DNA from: Enoplolaimus lenunculus
Taxonomy: Eukaryota
Direction of reading: 5' to 3'
Assembly (NCBI GenBank): GCA_030248215.1
Contig: JASANG010003930.1
Span: 550,867 to 570,866 of the forward strand
DNA length: 20,000 bases
Program-made: the position numbers and the translations under genes
Notes under the pieces: model-generated
What the model saw: the letters and a program-made list of their open reading frames with translations, nothing else
Told to the model about the DNA's origin: nothing
Database searches by the model: none
Shown here: positions 19,406-20,000 of the stretch, piece by piece
Numbering within the stretch: the stretch's first letter is position 1
Layout of the letters: every line of letters starts with the position of its first letter

Positions 19406-20000
19406 ATTAGTTTAAGTCCTTGTTTCCTTGTATAACTCCGTCAAGTTGCAAATTGTTAAGCCTCTCCGAAATCGCTTAAGTCGATTTCCAAGAATATTTG
19501 CCACACCGGTTTTATTCTCTTGAAAACTCCTAAATTTTCGCCTCAAATTCGTTAAAATATTTGCCACACCAGTGTTGTAATTCGCTATCTACAACACGTG
19601 GTTCCAAAATCCCGATATTTTTGGCCCAAAACTTTTCTCCTGGTCCGTTTTTGTCGCAAAAAGATACGCCGGTGTTCACGGATGCTATAGTTCCACCTAT
19701 ATATTGGCTCTCACCCGGCTCGAAAAATTCTTGGCAAAAATTTTCCTTTAAATCCGTCCCTTTTTGTCAAGCCTTGATTTGCCCAAAATTTTGCTAATTT
19801 TTCCGATTTCTTGCGGCCTCACCCAAATATCCGAAAGTTTTAGCGCCTCTTTCAATCCCTTGACACTCTACGACCGTTTTTTGCTAGCCGCTATACAGCG
19901 TCAAGCCCAAAAATCCCGTTTTGCCTTCCCAAAAATTCCTGTTGATTCTTTCCAATTAGCTACCCGCCAAAAGTGGCCGGTTGAGTATCCTGAATCGGTC

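Overview
AT-rich eukaryotic (invertebrate) DNA, not prokaryotic. TTTTCAG acceptors and a 52-nt intron suggest a nematode, but this is unproven. Bases ~65-5723 hold the probable 3' end of a + strand spliced gene (up to five phase-compatible exons, product unidentified) whose introns are packed with nested non-autonomous DNA transposons. The rest is almost all transposon-derived. The clearest feature is a 2,062-bp piggyBac element with both ends intact (13235-15296): TTAA target duplications, 17-bp TIRs, three copies of a perfect 16-bp palindrome, and a minus-strand transposase pseudogene with a stop codon, an internal deletion removing the third catalytic Asp, and a frameshift. A paralogous empty site of its host repeat lies at ~17074-17295. 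Other features: several hAT-like MITEs, a CACTG-type MITE, a Helentron/DINE-1-like element, a ~318-bp near-perfect inverted repeat, a ~130-230-bp module in at least nine copies, and a tandemly duplicated GC-richer segment at the right end (possible gag remnant, possibly an assembly artefact). I found no convincing new multi-gene system. The interest lies in transposon architecture and nesting.
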